Positions 58,200 to 64,000 of a stretch of DNA of 64,000 nt are shown piece after piece (positions within the stretch are counted from its first letter, which is position 1; every line of letters begins with the position of its first letter). The notes below the pieces were generated by a model. That model was given only the letters and a program-made list of their open reading frames with translations. It was not told where the DNA came from and made no database searches. The position numbers and the translations under genes are program-made. Location of the stretch: contig JAWQFM010000001.1 of the NCBI GenBank assembly GCA_033442325.1, forward strand, positions 1,897,479 through 1,961,478. The letters run 5' to 3'. The stretch comes from Salpingoeca rosetta (Eukaryota > Protista > Choanoflagellata).

Positions 58200-58734
58200 G
58201 GTGGATGTGGTGGTGGTGGTGGTGGTGATGAGGCGGACCGATGCGATTGTGTTTGTTGAGGCGAGTGTTTGTTGATGTTGACAAAGTTGGTCGTAGCCGG
58301 CGTGGTGGTGGTGGTGGTGGTGGTCAAAGTCATCGGGTGAGAAATAGAACACGGCTCAACCAACAATGCATTCAAGCGTGTGCTGGAAACAAAGCGAAGG
58401 ACAGCAAGCAAGCGACGAAGCGAGCGAGCGAGAGCAATGGCAGCCGCATACACACAAGCACACACGCCAGTCATGCCATACACGACACACATTCACATCA
58501 CAACAAGCAGCAGCACCCTTCTCGTTGCTCGTTGCTTGTGCACACTCAGCAAGCGGTCCAACTCGCACCTCTTACTCTTCTCCTTCTTCTTTGCTTTCGC
58601 GCACCCCACCAAAAATAAAAAATCGAAAACGGTTTCACCCAGATTATTCGCCACATCTCCAACAACTATTCCCAACCCCTTGCATTGCTTGCGGTTGTGC
58701 GGCAACAACAACACAAACAACAAGGACAGCCACG

Positions 58735-62243
<3,509 letters not shown>

Positions 62244-62258
62244 GCTAGTCATTGTTTG

Positions 62259-62319
<61 letters not shown>

Positions 62320-62436
62320 GCGTCTTGCTTGGCACTGTGTGCAGGGCTTCTGTCTGTTGTACCCAGGCTTGCAGCTGACTTTTTTTCTTGGAAGGAAGAG
62401 GCAGCTGGTTTGCCCCTCTCAGATACACGCACACAC

Positions 62437-62474
<38 letters not shown>

Positions 62475-62636
62475 CTGGCGTTCTTTGTTGTCGTTTCTGT
62501 TGTTTATGGAGTACCAGACGCATGGCTCCGCCACATCCCACCTTTGGTTACGATTAAAAGCTACGCACTGACGAACACAATTGCCAAACACCCCTGTCTC
62601 AACGCATCCCTAACAAAGGAACATCAAACCCTCCAC

Positions 62637-62717
<81 letters not shown>

Positions 62718-63221
62718 CATCGCCGCCACCACCCTCCAACACCAACAACACCAACCAATCGTTGCTTAGTGCGCGCTGGACGGTGCGAGCGCTGGCAAAG
62801 ATGATGTTTCCGACACGAGCGAGGAATACACCGCGCGCATGCTGTCAGACGCAAGCTCCTGTGCGCGCTCGACAGCCTGTGAACAGAAACAATACGACCA
62901 AAACAAAGCAACATTGAATCAGAGCGGACAGCACAACCACAGGCCAATCAAACATCATTGTACAAACACCACCCACGGGCAAGAGCGCGAGTGCACATGA
63001 ATCGCAAACCAAGAAGCATTTTAGTGGGAGGCGACTCTGGTTAATTTGATACATGGTCAAAATGTCAACTGCATTCCACAGTTCACCCACACTCCTCCAC
63101 CATCAATACCACCATCAGGACGCACCGCTTGTAACTGGGAGCTGTCAGGGCACACGGCAAAGGATCCTGGTCGCTGCCCCTGATATGCCGCAAACACATG
63201 GGTCTGCCATGGTCGTTGCCA

Positions 63222-63257
<36 letters not shown>

Positions 63258-63400
63258 AAGCACGTAGGAACATAAACAGACGCACACTTTATCATCCTGC
63301 CACACACACACACAACCAACAGCAACCTGTCACAACATCATGTGGCCACAATCACAAAACACAAACTCACGCAATTGTGCTTACCAAAACTGTCAAATCA

Positions 63401-64000
63401 TCACTGCTTGATGCACCAAAGAGGTCGTTCTTCCAGTGATGCCTGAAAGCTGTCAACACAAGAACACAATTGCACACATGTGAGAGTGGGCAAACCATGC
63501 AACCTCAAACAACGTCTGCACTCACTCAACTCACTCACTCACTTCACTGCACTCACTCACTCACTCTCTCTCTCACTCTCTCTCTCACTTCACTTCACTT
63601 CACTCCACTCACTCTCATACGCAGCATGCTCACCATCAAGAAGCGACAGCGCCTGCTGTGTCTGCTTTGCTTCGAGGTGGCTCTCAAGGGATTGGATGGC
63701 GCGCTGCTTCGACAGGTTTGAGCAGTCCACTCGACGAATAGCGCTCGGCTGGCGCTCAATCGCTTCCTGGATCTCGTTCATCACCACCCCGACTTCCCCG
63801 CTGATGTTGTGCATGAGCGGGTAGCGGCCAATGCCCTCCACCCCGGTCACAAGCTGCACATACACACCCAGCATCATGCCAAGCACCGTGTGCAGCCGAC
63901 ACACCATCACCACCAGCGCCTTTGCCTGTGCGCGTGGCGCTGCGCCATCCGCCTCATCGTCCGTGTCCGCCACAGAGAGCACTGCGCCGGAGGAGCGGGG
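63401..64000 (-). CDS. 3' end of a hypothetical protein (gene continues beyond the window)
   Basis: Open frame 64000-63635 (..GRYPLMHNISGEVGVVMNEIQEAIE..QALSLLD), donor gtgag, acceptor at ~63450 giving AFRHHWKNDLFWCIKQ* (TGA 63403-63401). Confidence 0.6.

Overview
Intron-rich eukaryotic genomic DNA saturated with (GT)n/(CA)n microsatellites. Sequence style and gene content suggest a choanoflagellate such as Salpingoeca (inference, not verified). Splicing exons by eye gives about 13 protein-coding genes: an organellar IF-3-like factor, a GH38 alpha-mannosidase, an intronless repeat-containing orphan, a CBS-domain protein, HPS4 (BLOC-3), a HEXIM homolog, a Patched-type receptor, myosin regulatory light chain, a protein with a Crinkler-like ubiquitin-like domain, pinin, IQGAP, a conserved uncharacterised protein, and a partial gene at the right edge. 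There is one 100-N assembly gap. Most long ORFs in the track (poly-VC, poly-HT) are microsatellite artefacts. The most notable signals are: (1) a HEXIM whose CDK9-inhibitory PYNT motif is replaced by PRLT, suggesting a 7SK/P-TEFb-like system outside animals; (2) a Patched with an approximately 400-aa insertion in extracellular domain 1; (3) an apparent microsatellite grammar, with GU repeats at donors and after stop codons, CA/CAA repeats replacing polypyrimidine tracts at acceptors, and TTGC/GCAA repeats near gene starts. Family assignments rest on motifs recalled from memory, and exon boundaries are approximate.
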